In this document: positions 1 through 8,118 of the stretch, piece after piece
Position numbering within the stretch: the stretch's first letter is position 1
Layout: each line of letters opens with the position of its first letter
IMG/VR virus record: IMGVR_UViG_3300016672_000186
Coordinates: 1 to 40,644 of that record
Length of the DNA: 40,644 nt
Origin: a virus
Lineage: Duplodnaviria; Caudoviricetes
Strand: one strand, 5' to 3'
Made by a program: the position numbers and the translations under genes
The notes under the pieces: generated by a model
Database searches by the model: none
Told to the model about the DNA's origin: nothing
Seen by the model: the letters and a program-made list of their open reading frames with translations, nothing else

Positions 1-555
1 AGCTAAATGCGCCATTGGCTTTATGGCCTCTTGGATTGCAAGCATCTGGGCAGATGGTTTCATTGCATTACCAAGCGTAGCTATCTGCGCCATCGGCATC
101 AATGTAGCCCGGCGCACAGCATCAAAAACTGGTCTAAGAGATATGCCGAGGCTTAGCAAACGCCCATGCGGGCTTACACGTTCCTCTTGCATTACCGGCT
201 GCTGAATAGTGCGAACTGTAGGGCGGAATGCGTCAAGATGCATGAGGCCCACTGCGACTGCAATGTTCTCCGCCTCCTCGGCGGACACGCTCCAGTAGCG
301 CGATATACGCAATGAAATTGGCGCAATGAATTGCTCTATTGCCAGCGATTGACCTGAGTAGGCAGGTCCACTTTGTTTGGCATGCGAGCGTAACTCTTCG
401 TAACCACCATACCCCAGAACTTGAGCAAAAGTTTGCTGCACCACAGACCGCTTGGGCTTAACAGGCTGATCAGGATGATACTTGCTGAATTTGGTAATGG
501 AGCTTTTGATGCGGCCGCTTTCGAGGTCAGCCAATGTAACGGGAATACGAACCAT
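1..555 (-). CDS. Hypothetical protein, truncated by the window edge (not in the ORF track)
   Basis: Manual translation from ATG 555 (GAGGTG upstream): MVRIPVTLADLESGRIKSSITKFSK...FAQVLGYGGYEELR...KPMAHLA; 185 codons with no stop down to base 1. Confidence 0.7.
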   Translation of the reverse strand, partial: MVRIPVTLADLESGRIKSSITKFSKYHPDQPVKPKRSVVQQTFAQVLGYGGYEELRSHAKQSGPAYSGQSLAIEQFIAPISLRISRYWSVSAEEAENIAVAVGLMHLDAFRPTVRTIQQPVMQEERVSPHGRLLSLGISLRPVFDAVRRATLMPMAQIATLGNAMKPSAQMLAIQEAIKPMAHLA

Positions 556-634
556 AAAACACCTCATACAGGGGCACAAAGTTCATACAGCAGCTGGCGG
601 GCCGTGGTGCACCTGACTAGGGTCAAGTTACGTA

Positions 635-1045
635 TCAAAAGAATGGTTGTCGCGACTGAAGCAGGTTGGTCTCGTATCCAAAGATTTCGCGCAAGGCCAG
701 CAGCGCCGAACGAGACCAGTCCGGCTTAGCCAAAATATTATAGATCTGGAACATATTGTCAAGCGGAATATATCTCAGCGCGTCTTCACTCTCACTGTAC
801 CAGTTGTGTAGCTCCATGGTGCGTAGGTCAGTAACATGAACTGGCGCACCTTCGTACAGAATCGCACCGCCAACTCCGAAGATTTGCGACAAAGGATATG
901 CCGCTTTGGTCGATTGCCGCCTCTCGTGAAAGGCTGCAAATGGCCCGATAACTGCCTGACAAAAAACCCTCTTATTACTCTACTGAGCCTTACACTTGCC
1001 TAGCGATTTTTTGAGCTCAGTATACGATTTGATATCTGACGGCAT
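635..1045 (-). pseudogene. Probable pseudogene with an in-frame TAG at codon 22
   Basis: ATG 1045 reads MPSDIKSYTELKKSLGKCKAQ, TAG at 982-980, then the same frame stays open into the 635..892 ORF. Confidence 0.45.
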
Positions 1046-1682
1046 TCCCCTACCCGCCTAGCACCCCATTCAAGCTGGACTTACTCAGCGCCAGTAAATA
1101 CGGGACTCCAGCAACCGGCGCTCGCTGCAACGATGCCCTACGCTGCTGGATACCGAGTAACGATGTCACTCGAAAAGTCACTGAGGCTTTAGCCTCCTCC
1201 CACGGCGTTCTGCCGAATGAGCACAAACCCAAAATAGCTCATGTCCACTACAAGGGATTTGCAAGCCGGGTCTGAAGTCCTTTATAACTGCGATTTGTAG
1301 GCTATTTTGTGCTCCATTAGTAGGATGTTTCCAATGCCTTGCAGGCCGCATTCCGCCTGGGCTCGGTCTTAGGTTATGGACCCAAAAGCCATCTTGCCAA
1401 AGGCGTTCATCTCACAGAGAGTTTCTTTAGCGTGTGCGAAGCCGCCTGCTATCACACGATGGAGCTCATATCGACGCGGTTTATTGGTGTGATAAAAATA
1501 TTGCCCATTATTAGGTAGGTCAGTCACCTGTTTTTGTGCCTGTACAAGTGCCCGCCAGTACATACCTGCAGTTTTTGTTAGAAAAAGTCAGCACCATCAA
1601 ACGCAGCCCCACCTAGGGACGCAGAATGATTCAGCCGCAAACCCGATGTGATATCAATCTGATATCCTTGCGATAAACCGCA

Positions 1683-2351
1683 ATGGAAAGCCCCATTTCA
1701 ATGAAAATAATCTGGTGCCACTGCAACATATGCTCGGGTCCAACGAAGCACGACCTCATATCAGAAAAAACTCAGGGGGCTACTGAGTTCGAAGAGGGCT
1801 ATCACTACGAATGGTCCAAGACAAGCAGCCTAATCGAGTGTCGAGGATGCGAAGAAGTTACGTTGCGGGTTGATCGTTGGCACTCAGAATACGATGCTAG
1901 CGACGAGACTGTGTACTACCCTCCCAGGATCTCTAGACAACCGCCTAAATGGGAAAGGAATCTACCTCGTGAATGGCGAAGTATGCTCCGCGAAATTTAC
2001 TCGGCGCTTCATGCTAATAGCAGAAGACTAGCGATGATGGGAGCACGCACAATCGTAGATATGTACATGAATGACGCGGTAGGAGACGTTGGAAATTTTG
2101 GGCAAAAGCTCGAAAAACTAGTATCAGACGGTCATTTGGGAAGCCAGGACAAAGCGGTTCTTGAAGCCGCCCTTGAAGCTGGCCACGCCGCCGCTCATCG
2201 GGGGCACCTGCCAACCAGTGAAAATATCAACCACGTTATGGATATTGTTGAAAATCTGGTGCAGAAAAATGCACTTCGAAAGTCTGCTGTCTTGCTTGCA
2301 AAAGGCACGCCTCCACGGCAGAGGGTCAATAAACCAGCAAAGAAAGCTTAG
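1683..2351 (+). CDS. Zn-ribbon + DUF4145 (HEPN superfamily) protein
   Basis: CNIC...CRGC pairs at the N-terminus; REIYSAL...LAMMGARTIVD...LEKL...AGHAAAH is DUF4145-like. Confidence 0.75.
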   Translation: MESPISMKIIWCHCNICSGPTKHDLISEKTQGATEFEEGYHYEWSKTSSLIECRGCEEVTLRVDRWHSEYDASDETVYYPPRISRQPPKWERNLPREWRSMLREIYSALHANSRRLAMMGARTIVDMYMNDAVGDVGNFGQKLEKLVSDGHLGSQDKAVLEAALEAGHAAAHRGHLPTSENINHVMDIVENLVQKNALRKSAVLLAKGTPPRQRVNKPAKKA

Positions 2352-2477
2352 CTTCACAGTTAACCTCTATTCGTAGAGATCGCTTCGTCCCGCACCGACT
2401 CTAGTGTTGGGTGGTAAACTCGAAAAGGTGTAGTAGGCCAAATATCCATACGTAATAATAAACAAAGGAATGACCGG

Positions 2478-2879
2478 ATGAAAATTTTCGCCTTAACCAT
2501 ACTTACTTTCACCTTGATTGGCTGCACTACACCACAGAGACAAGCTCCAGCAAAACCAATGGTTCTTTATCGATACCCCATGAGCGAGAATGCCGTTAAG
2601 CTTGCTCAAGTTATGGCGAGTCGCGATCTGAAAGATCCAGAAAGTGCAAAATTTCGAGACGCATTTTTCGTAACTTCAGATGATCAAGGAGAAGGCCGTG
2701 ATAAATCGAAGGACTCTTGGTGCATCGAAGTAAATGGGAAAAATGGCTATGGTGCTTATGTTGGATACACTTGGGCTCTTGTTCCGGCAGGTGGAAAATC
2801 GGTGATCATGGGAACTTCACCAGTTGCTGCAATGGCGAATAAAATCTGCTCATCCGCCATTTTCCAAACGGCAAAATAA
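2478..2879 (+). CDS. Putative phage lipoprotein (moron)
   Basis: Signal peptide with lipobox LIG-C; LKDPESAKFR...CIEVNGKNGYGAYVG motif seen in phage lipoproteins; AAGGA RBS. Confidence 0.75.
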   Translation: MKIFALTILTFTLIGCTTPQRQAPAKPMVLYRYPMSENAVKLAQVMASRDLKDPESAKFRDAFFVTSDDQGEGRDKSKDSWCIEVNGKNGYGAYVGYTWALVPAGGKSVIMGTSPVAAMANKICSSAIFQTAK

Positions 2880-3140
2880 CACATGCAAACAGGTCACTTA
2901 ACACAACCTCAATCATACTCGACTCTTATCGCAATAATGCAACACCAAGGTGGCCACGAACATAAATTCTCCATTGTTTTCGCTATGACTTATCGCTGAT
3001 ACCGCCATCTCTAGCCTCTAATGGTGCAGATCAATACTGACAAGCCGATAACAATCAAATCAATCAGCGCCACCAACCTTATAACAGGCAACTCAAAACA
3101 ACCACACAAAAATAGCCAACTAAAAGGACTTATCACAACA

Positions 3141-4787
3141 ATGACACCCCCTAACGAGAAAGCAAAAAAGCAGTATCAAAAACGTTTGAAAAAAGCTAAA
3201 TCGATGATTGACAAGTACGATAAGAGTTATTTTATTGCCCATTGCATAAATTATATATGCAGTATCAAAAGGAGTGACCCCGACAAATTCAACTTCGAAT
3301 TTGTTTGGATTCTAGCAATTAAAATTAGCGCTTTATCCACAGGTGGAAAACGAAAACCAAACCACCGAGAAATTGTCGGGATCATTAATTCGTTATGGGA
3401 CCTCAATAACTGCATTATCCCTTTCCTAGCCTCTGACAACAACCCTATGGTTGCCTTAAGAGCGATGACGAACCAGCAATCCACATATCAAAACAATATC
3501 ACTGTCGCTCTCGCAAATGTTAGCAGACAATTAGCACTCCTTGCAGACGAAGAAGAACTAGACAAACAGTTTATTGCAGAAACCGGCATATCTATCGCCG
3601 CATATTGCTGGATATGGATGCACATATTAGTACAGATACTCAATCACGACGAAGGCTCTTTAGAGATAAACATTCCAAAATTAATTTTGGATACTGAAAT
3701 ATGCATTAGCATCGCAGATATCTATAAGTTCTTCAAAGTATTCAGCATTCATACCGATGAGATGCCTAGCTTCTTCTCTAACTTTACAGCTTACGATACC
3801 GACTTCGAGAGCTTTTTTTACGACTCGCCACTAAAACAAAAACCATTTCTTTTCACAGGAAATTCAATCCGAACCATTTCTAGCAATTTGACGATTGCCT
3901 CTGCCAGCTTTCTTCTTCCTCACCTATTCAAGTCATCAAATAGCACAACCACTGCCACGAATTTCAAAAAAATATTCACCCGCATATTTGAGGACCATAT
4001 CGGGGATCTTCTCTTAAATACACGAGCCCAACATAGAAATGAAGACGACATAAGAGACCTGTACCGATCACTGGGAACATCTGGAAAGCGTAGTAATGTA
4101 GTAGATCATTCCCTCACGATCACTGAGACAAAGAAAATTCTTTTAGTTGAATCTAAAGGTGTAGAGCAAACAGACTTTGTTAAAACCATACTAGACCAGT
4201 CAACTCTTACCCGCCGACTAGAAGGCAGCCACCTCAAAGGCATAGTTCAAGCACAGCAATGCACAGAAATCTTGAGCAAGCATGAAGAATTTACAAACTT
4301 TAACTTTTATGCATTCATTATAGTAAATGACGACTATGGCTTTTCATCCGCCGCACAATTGCAAAGCATGATCGGGCTTGAAGCGTTTACATCTACAACC
4401 CCTGCAATTACAATATCTTCCTCTATAAGCTTGGACAGAATCCGCTTCGTTAAAATTGACACACTAGAGAAGATTTGCAGCTCTATCCAAGATAGTGAAT
4501 ATACCTTGGATCTTTTTTTAGAAAAATCCAACGAACCGGAGTTTCGCTACAGCCTCGATTTACTCCATCACAAGTTAACTAAAACCCACCCCGCAAGCTC
4601 AATACAAAAAATTATCCACAAAGATAGCCCTCACATAACAAAACTTACTACCCTTGCGATGCAACTAGATAAAAAAAACCACACAATAGCTCAACTTGTT
4701 ACTGATGCAAATAGAGTGATTTTAAGTTTAAAACAACACAAGAAAGTTGTTTATCTTGATTCCTTGCGAAATAGTCCCTCTATGTAA
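3141..4787 (+). CDS. Large AT-rich protein with a C-terminal PD-(D/E)xK nuclease (GapS1-like architecture); candidate anti-phage effector
   Basis: FEDHIGDLL...VVDH...LVESKG...KGIVQA; start taken at MTPPNEK after AAAGGA (ORF track extends to 3021). Confidence 0.65.
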   Translation: MTPPNEKAKKQYQKRLKKAKSMIDKYDKSYFIAHCINYICSIKRSDPDKFNFEFVWILAIKISALSTGGKRKPNHREIVGIINSLWDLNNCIIPFLASDNNPMVALRAMTNQQSTYQNNITVALANVSRQLALLADEEELDKQFIAETGISIAAYCWIWMHILVQILNHDEGSLEINIPKLILDTEICISIADIYKFFKVFSIHTDEMPSFFSNFTAYDTDFESFFYDSPLKQKPFLFTGNSIRTISSNLTIASASFLLPHLFKSSNSTTTATNFKKIFTRIFEDHIGDLLLNTRAQHRNEDDIRDLYRSLGTSGKRSNVVDHSLTITETKKILLVESKGVEQTDFVKTILDQSTLTRRLEGSHLKGIVQAQQCTEILSKHEEFTNFNFYAFIIVNDDYGFSSAAQLQSMIGLEAFTSTTPAITISSSISLDRIRFVKIDTLEKICSSIQDSEYTLDLFLEKSNEPEFRYSLDLLHHKLTKTHPASSIQKIIHKDSPHITKLTTLAMQLDKKNHTIAQLVTDANRVILSLKQHKKVVYLDSLRNSPSM

Positions 4788-5281
4788 GATTGACAGCCCT
4801 GCAGCGCAATCAGTCCTTGATCTCCATCGCCGGTGATTCCGATAATTCGTTGAGCATGCGCTGGGTCAAGTTGGGCTCTACGGGCTGCATGAACCACGCC
4901 GCCGGTGCGGGTGGTGGTTTGCACTGCGTCACAACCAGTTGCGGCGGCGTCGAGTTGGACTGACAGCCGCAGATCAGCAGTAGCAAGGCGATCACGCAGA
5001 TATGCCTGTTTCGTTTTCTCATCGGTGAGGGCTCGGTAATGGGATTGATCGCTGGCTGCCAGCCATTGCTCCAGGGCGAAGCGCTTGCCCTGCTCTGCCA
5101 GAGTTTGCGCGGAGTTGGCATTGGCCAGATTGGTGCGCTCAGTTTGGTGGGCAGATTCTTGTGCGGCCAGTTGCTGGCCGTAGGCGTTGGCCTGCCACTC
5201 CCATGCGGCCCACGCGCTGCCCGCCATCAGGGCGAGGATGATCAGCAGCACCCCGCCCCACTTCACCGCATCGATCTTCAC
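4751..5281 (-). CDS. Rz-like inner-membrane spanin
   Basis: GTG start overlaps the endolysin stop (GTGA); N-terminal TM helix, coiled coil, C-terminal LQGCQSYI. Confidence 0.85.
   Translation of the reverse strand: MKIDAVKWGGVLLIILALMAGSAWAAWEWQANAYGQQLAAQESAHQTERTNLANANSAQTLAEQGKRFALEQWLAASDQSHYRALTDEKTKQAYLRDRLATADLRLSVQLDAAATGCDAVQTTTRTGGVVHAARRAQLDPAHAQRIIGITGDGDQGLIALQGCQSYIEGLFRKESR
4810..5022 (-). CDS. Rz1-like outer-membrane spanin lipoprotein embedded in Rz
   Basis: Alternate frame inside Rz: MRKRNRHICVIALLLLICGC lipobox, proline-rich mature part. Confidence 0.8.
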   Translation of the reverse strand: MRKRNRHICVIALLLLICGCQSNSTPPQLVVTQCKPPPAPAAWFMQPVEPNLTQRMLNELSESPAMEIKD

Positions 5282-5811
5282 GCCAACACCTTGAGCGTCC
5301 GGGCGTACAGCGTCTGCCGATCGGCCGCGCCGTTCTGGCCACCGTTGATGCGTCGGGTGATCCTGTCGAACTGGCCCGCGTCGGCCAGGGTGTTGAGGCC
5401 CCTGGTCGCCCAGAACCATGCTGCCGACATGCATGCATGATGTGGCTTCTCCAGCAGTTCGGGCTGCTTGATCAGGTTAAGGCCCAGCGCATCGCCGCAC
5501 GCCATGTAGTTGGCCCGGCCGGTGATCTGGATCAGGCCACGCCCCCGGTACTTGGAGCCGTCGCCTACTACGGTGTTGCCCAGGTCTTTGCGGCCCTCGT
5601 ATTTGGTTTGAGCGAGCGTGGGGCCCCAGATTTCTTTGACGTATTTAAGCTGGCCGGATTCGTGGCCAATCTGGGCGATAAATGCGGCCACGCGCTTGGG
5701 TCCGATAATCTGGTACCGGTTCATGGAGGTGTTTAAGGCAGGTACAAAAACGCCGGCAACTTGGCCGGCGTTCGGGAGGATCTGCAGCAGTTGCTGCGTG
5801 GTGATGGGCAT
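5278..5811 (-). CDS. Endolysin, glycoside hydrolase family 19
   Basis: AAFIAQIGHESG, YRGRGLIQITGRANY, ITRRINGGQNG motifs; GGAGA RBS before ATG 5811. Confidence 0.92.
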   Translation of the reverse strand: MPITTQQLLQILPNAGQVAGVFVPALNTSMNRYQIIGPKRVAAFIAQIGHESGQLKYVKEIWGPTLAQTKYEGRKDLGNTVVGDGSKYRGRGLIQITGRANYMACGDALGLNLIKQPELLEKPHHACMSAAWFWATRGLNTLADAGQFDRITRRINGGQNGAADRQTLYARTLKVLA

Positions 5812-5825
5812 GGCTTTCTCCAAGC

Positions 5826-5850
5826 AAAAAAATACCCGCCCTCGGCGGGA
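5826..5850 (-). terminator. Intrinsic terminator-like hairpin upstream of the endolysin
   Basis: CCCGCC-GAG-GGCGGG followed by TATTTTTTT on the minus strand. Confidence 0.7.
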
Positions 5851-5869
5851 CTCGGTGTTGCTGTTGATG

Positions 5870-6142
5870 TCAGCTTGGGCGTTCTGGCCGCTGACTTGAA
5901 TCGGGATAGCCCTCTGCATCCAGCTTCCAAGCTCGAACCTGAGTACGGTAGTCACGCCACAGGCGCTCCGTGCCCGCTACCTGCTCCCCGTCCTCAATGG
6001 CCTCCAGCTGCTCAGCCACGAACTTACGCTCCTGCTCGACCCACTGGACTTCGACAGCAATCAAAGGCGCCAAGCGTGCAGTCTCGGCCTCAGCTTTGAT
6101 ATCTGCTGCCTTGCGCAGCTCTGACCAGTCAATATTGCTCAT
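5870..6142 (-). CDS. Tail fibre assembly/chaperone-like protein
   Basis: C-terminal WRDYR..VR.....GYP....RP.RP pattern; lies downstream of the fibre gene. Confidence 0.6.
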   Translation of the reverse strand: MSNIDWSELRKAADIKAEAETARLAPLIAVEVQWVEQERKFVAEQLEAIEDGEQVAGTERLWRDYRTQVRAWKLDAEGYPDSSQRPERPS

Positions 6143-6461
6143 GGGGTGGCTCCTTGGTTACGTCAGTTAACGGCCTGGGCAACCCAACTGGCCCATTTTT
6201 AGTAATAGTGAGGGGCACGGGGAACGCCTGCGCCTGACTGAAGTTCGCGGGGTTTGGCAGGATCAGGGTCATTTCAAGTTCGCCATTGACTCGCGTTACA
6301 TCCCCGGCAAACCATTCTGATTCGATTGCAGACCGGGGCAATATGTCGCCTTCTTCAACTGCCGAAAAGTCAAAAGGCTCATTATTCACAACCAGCAAGT
6401 CACCGCGCCTGACAACGCTCAACGTATCGTCGCGCCGTTGCGGGCTTAAGAATATTTTCAT
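6129..6461 (-). CDS. Tail fibre-associated protein
   Basis: MKIFLSPQRRDDTL...EPFDFS...WFAG; start overlaps the fibre stop (TAATG). Confidence 0.6.
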   Translation of the reverse strand: MKIFLSPQRRDDTLSVVRRGDLLVVNNEPFDFSAVEEGDILPRSAIESEWFAGDVTRVNGELEMTLILPNPANFSQAQAFPVPLTITKNGPVGLPRPLTDVTKEPPHEQY

Positions 6462-7018
6462 TATTTCCACCGCCCTGAAGATTGGAAAGACGCAACAAAC
6501 GAGCCTGCCGCCAATGTTCCATATTCCATTGGCGGGTGTACGTAGGCGGGTGCATGGCCAGTATTAACCCCGACATAAAGTACACGCGAGTTCATCCAAT
6601 AAGTTTGCATGAGTGTATAGAGCGCAATTCCAGTGCCATCCTGTCCGGTCGTAAACGAGAGTGTGACGTTATGTGCAGGCTGGCCAACAAACGTGGCTGG
6701 CTGCAAGGCTCCATCCCAGGCCTGACCGCGCCCTGCGGGAAGATCGCCCCCTGCGCCATAACTGATGATGCGTATACCCCATGTGATCAACGTGCCATCT
6801 GAAAACTTTATAAAGCTGCCGCTGGCATTCGTCCCTTGTTCAATAATCGCTCCGCTCGCCACGGAACCCACAACATCTGCAAACGCTGCGCTTTTAAGCG
6901 CTGCTGCCTTGTCGTACAGCTCCCGCGTCATGTAGTTAATCTTCTGACTGGCCACACGCGGTGGGTCGCCGCCCAATCCAGTGGGCGGCGTACCCAAGAT
7001 GATTTCTTGCCATGCCAT
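6461..7018 (-). CDS. Short tail fibre-like protein
   Basis: N-terminal LGTPPTGLGGDPPRVASQKIN anchor and GAIIEQGTNASGSFIKFSDGTLITWG fibre motif. Confidence 0.7.
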   Translation of the reverse strand: MAWQEIILGTPPTGLGGDPPRVASQKINYMTRELYDKAAALKSAAFADVVGSVASGAIIEQGTNASGSFIKFSDGTLITWGIRIISYGAGGDLPAGRGQAWDGALQPATFVGQPAHNVTLSFTTGQDGTGIALYTLMQTYWMNSRVLYVGVNTGHAPAYVHPPMEYGTLAAGSFVASFQSSGRWK

Positions 7019-7033
7019 GCTGTTCTCCAGGCG

Positions 7034-7058
7034 AAAAAATACCCGCGAATGTGCGGGT
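7034..7058 (-). terminator. Intrinsic terminator-like hairpin upstream of the tail fibre gene
   Basis: ACCCGC...GCGGGT stem followed by ATTTTTT. Confidence 0.65.
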
Positions 7059-7096
7059 TGGTGAGTTGTTACTAAAACCAGTGCATCGCAGCTGTA

Positions 7097-7795
7097 TCAA
7101 GTGCCCGGCAATCTGGCAAAGACGCCAGCAGGCTGGCCAATATCCAGCCAAACACCGCCCTGCGGCCTGTTGGTTACCGCATAAATTTGCAACCTGTTAG
7201 CCCCCCAGTCAAAACGAACCCCGGCAGTGGTCCAGTTGGTGACACTTGGCTGCAGCAGCCCTCTGGAGAAGGGATTGATCATGAAGTACTCGTCCTCCGC
7301 CATCGGCACCACCAGGGCGTTGTTGTACCGATGCGCTCCACCAAGGGAGGGAAACTGCACAAACCCGGCGTATGACCAGTCCTGATTGGCTTTGGTTACC
7401 ACCACAGGCGTTGACCCGGAGTCGAAGACAATTTCACCGGTGGCCCCAAAAATCCTGAGCCCAAAGCGTGATTGCGCGATGGAGGCAAAGACTGCAGCAA
7501 ACCATTTACCTGCGGGCCTCCAGGTGACGTTGTTGGCCTGAATGTTGAACCCGGTCCAGTTCCCTGCCACCCCTACGATAGTCATCGCATCGTACAGCTC
7601 GTTGTTTCTGGCTGGATCGTTGCGAATGAAGATGCAGGGCGGCTCGACGGTCGTTATGGGCGACGGGAAGCTGACACGCGCCACCCTGTCAAACGTGGCG
7701 GCATATGTTCCTCGGTGTATCGCGCAAAGCCTGGGCGTCTCGGAGTCAATCTGTATATAGCTGTCGTTGTTCCTGGCTATAAATCCGTAGCTCAT
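7097..7795 (-). CDS. Putative tail tip accessory protein
   Basis: Beta-rich, repeated (Y/F)G(F/L)...N/G...I.(I/F)DS motif; coupled to the upstream gene. Confidence 0.6.
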   Translation of the reverse strand: MSYGFIARNNDSYIQIDSETPRLCAIHRGTYAATFDRVARVSFPSPITTVEPPCIFIRNDPARNNELYDAMTIVGVAGNWTGFNIQANNVTWRPAGKWFAAVFASIAQSRFGLRIFGATGEIVFDSGSTPVVVTKANQDWSYAGFVQFPSLGGAHRYNNALVVPMAEDEYFMINPFSRGLLQPSVTNWTTAGVRFDWGANRLQIYAVTNRPQGGVWLDIGQPAGVFARLPGT

Positions 7796-8118
7796 TTGTA
7801 CCTCATTGCCAGCAGTCTAAAGGTCAGGCGAGTTGTCACGATCGGATCTGACTCTGAGGGGTTCCTTGCGCGTATTGTCACGACGCCGTTTCCCACCCTT
7901 ACATAGGGCATGGCCTCAGATGCCCACGGATAAGCAGGGACGCCCACTGGCAGGATTGCCGCACTGCAGGTCGCAGGAACAAACCCCGGTACAGGCACGG
8001 TCAGGATTTGACTGGGCCCAAGCGAGTAGGTCTGGCTGTGTAGTACCTGGTAGGTAAATGTGTCGGTGTCCATTTCAAGCACACCGTTGGCATTCCACGT
8101 CCTGATTCCATAACTCAT
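7792..8118 (-). CDS. Putative tail tip accessory protein
   Basis: MSYGIRTWNANG; ATGA overlap with the J stop. Confidence 0.6.
   Translation of the reverse strand: MSYGIRTWNANGVLEMDTDTFTYQVLHSQTYSLGPSQILTVPVPGFVPATCSAAILPVGVPAYPWASEAMPYVRVGNGVVTIRARNPSESDPIVTTRLTFRLLAMRYK

Noticed and set aside
1050-1563. Short minus-strand ORFs of 60 and 64 aa
   Set aside because: No recognisable motifs; other frames are broken by stops; looks like decayed DNA
3021-3140. N-terminal extension of the nuclease ORF
   Set aside because: Low-complexity A/C-rich sequence with no RBS; ATG 3141 has AAAGGA upstream, though the start remains uncertain
5812-5955. ORF-track extension of the endolysin (and similar extensions of Rz, gene I, DUF3168 and int)
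   Set aside because: Extensions cross terminators or upstream genes; downstream starts have an RBS or coupled overlaps
5870-7795. Invertible tail fibre system or DGR driven by the second recombinase
   Set aside because: No alternate reversed fibre ends, flanking inverted repeats, reverse transcriptase or TR/VR pair seen
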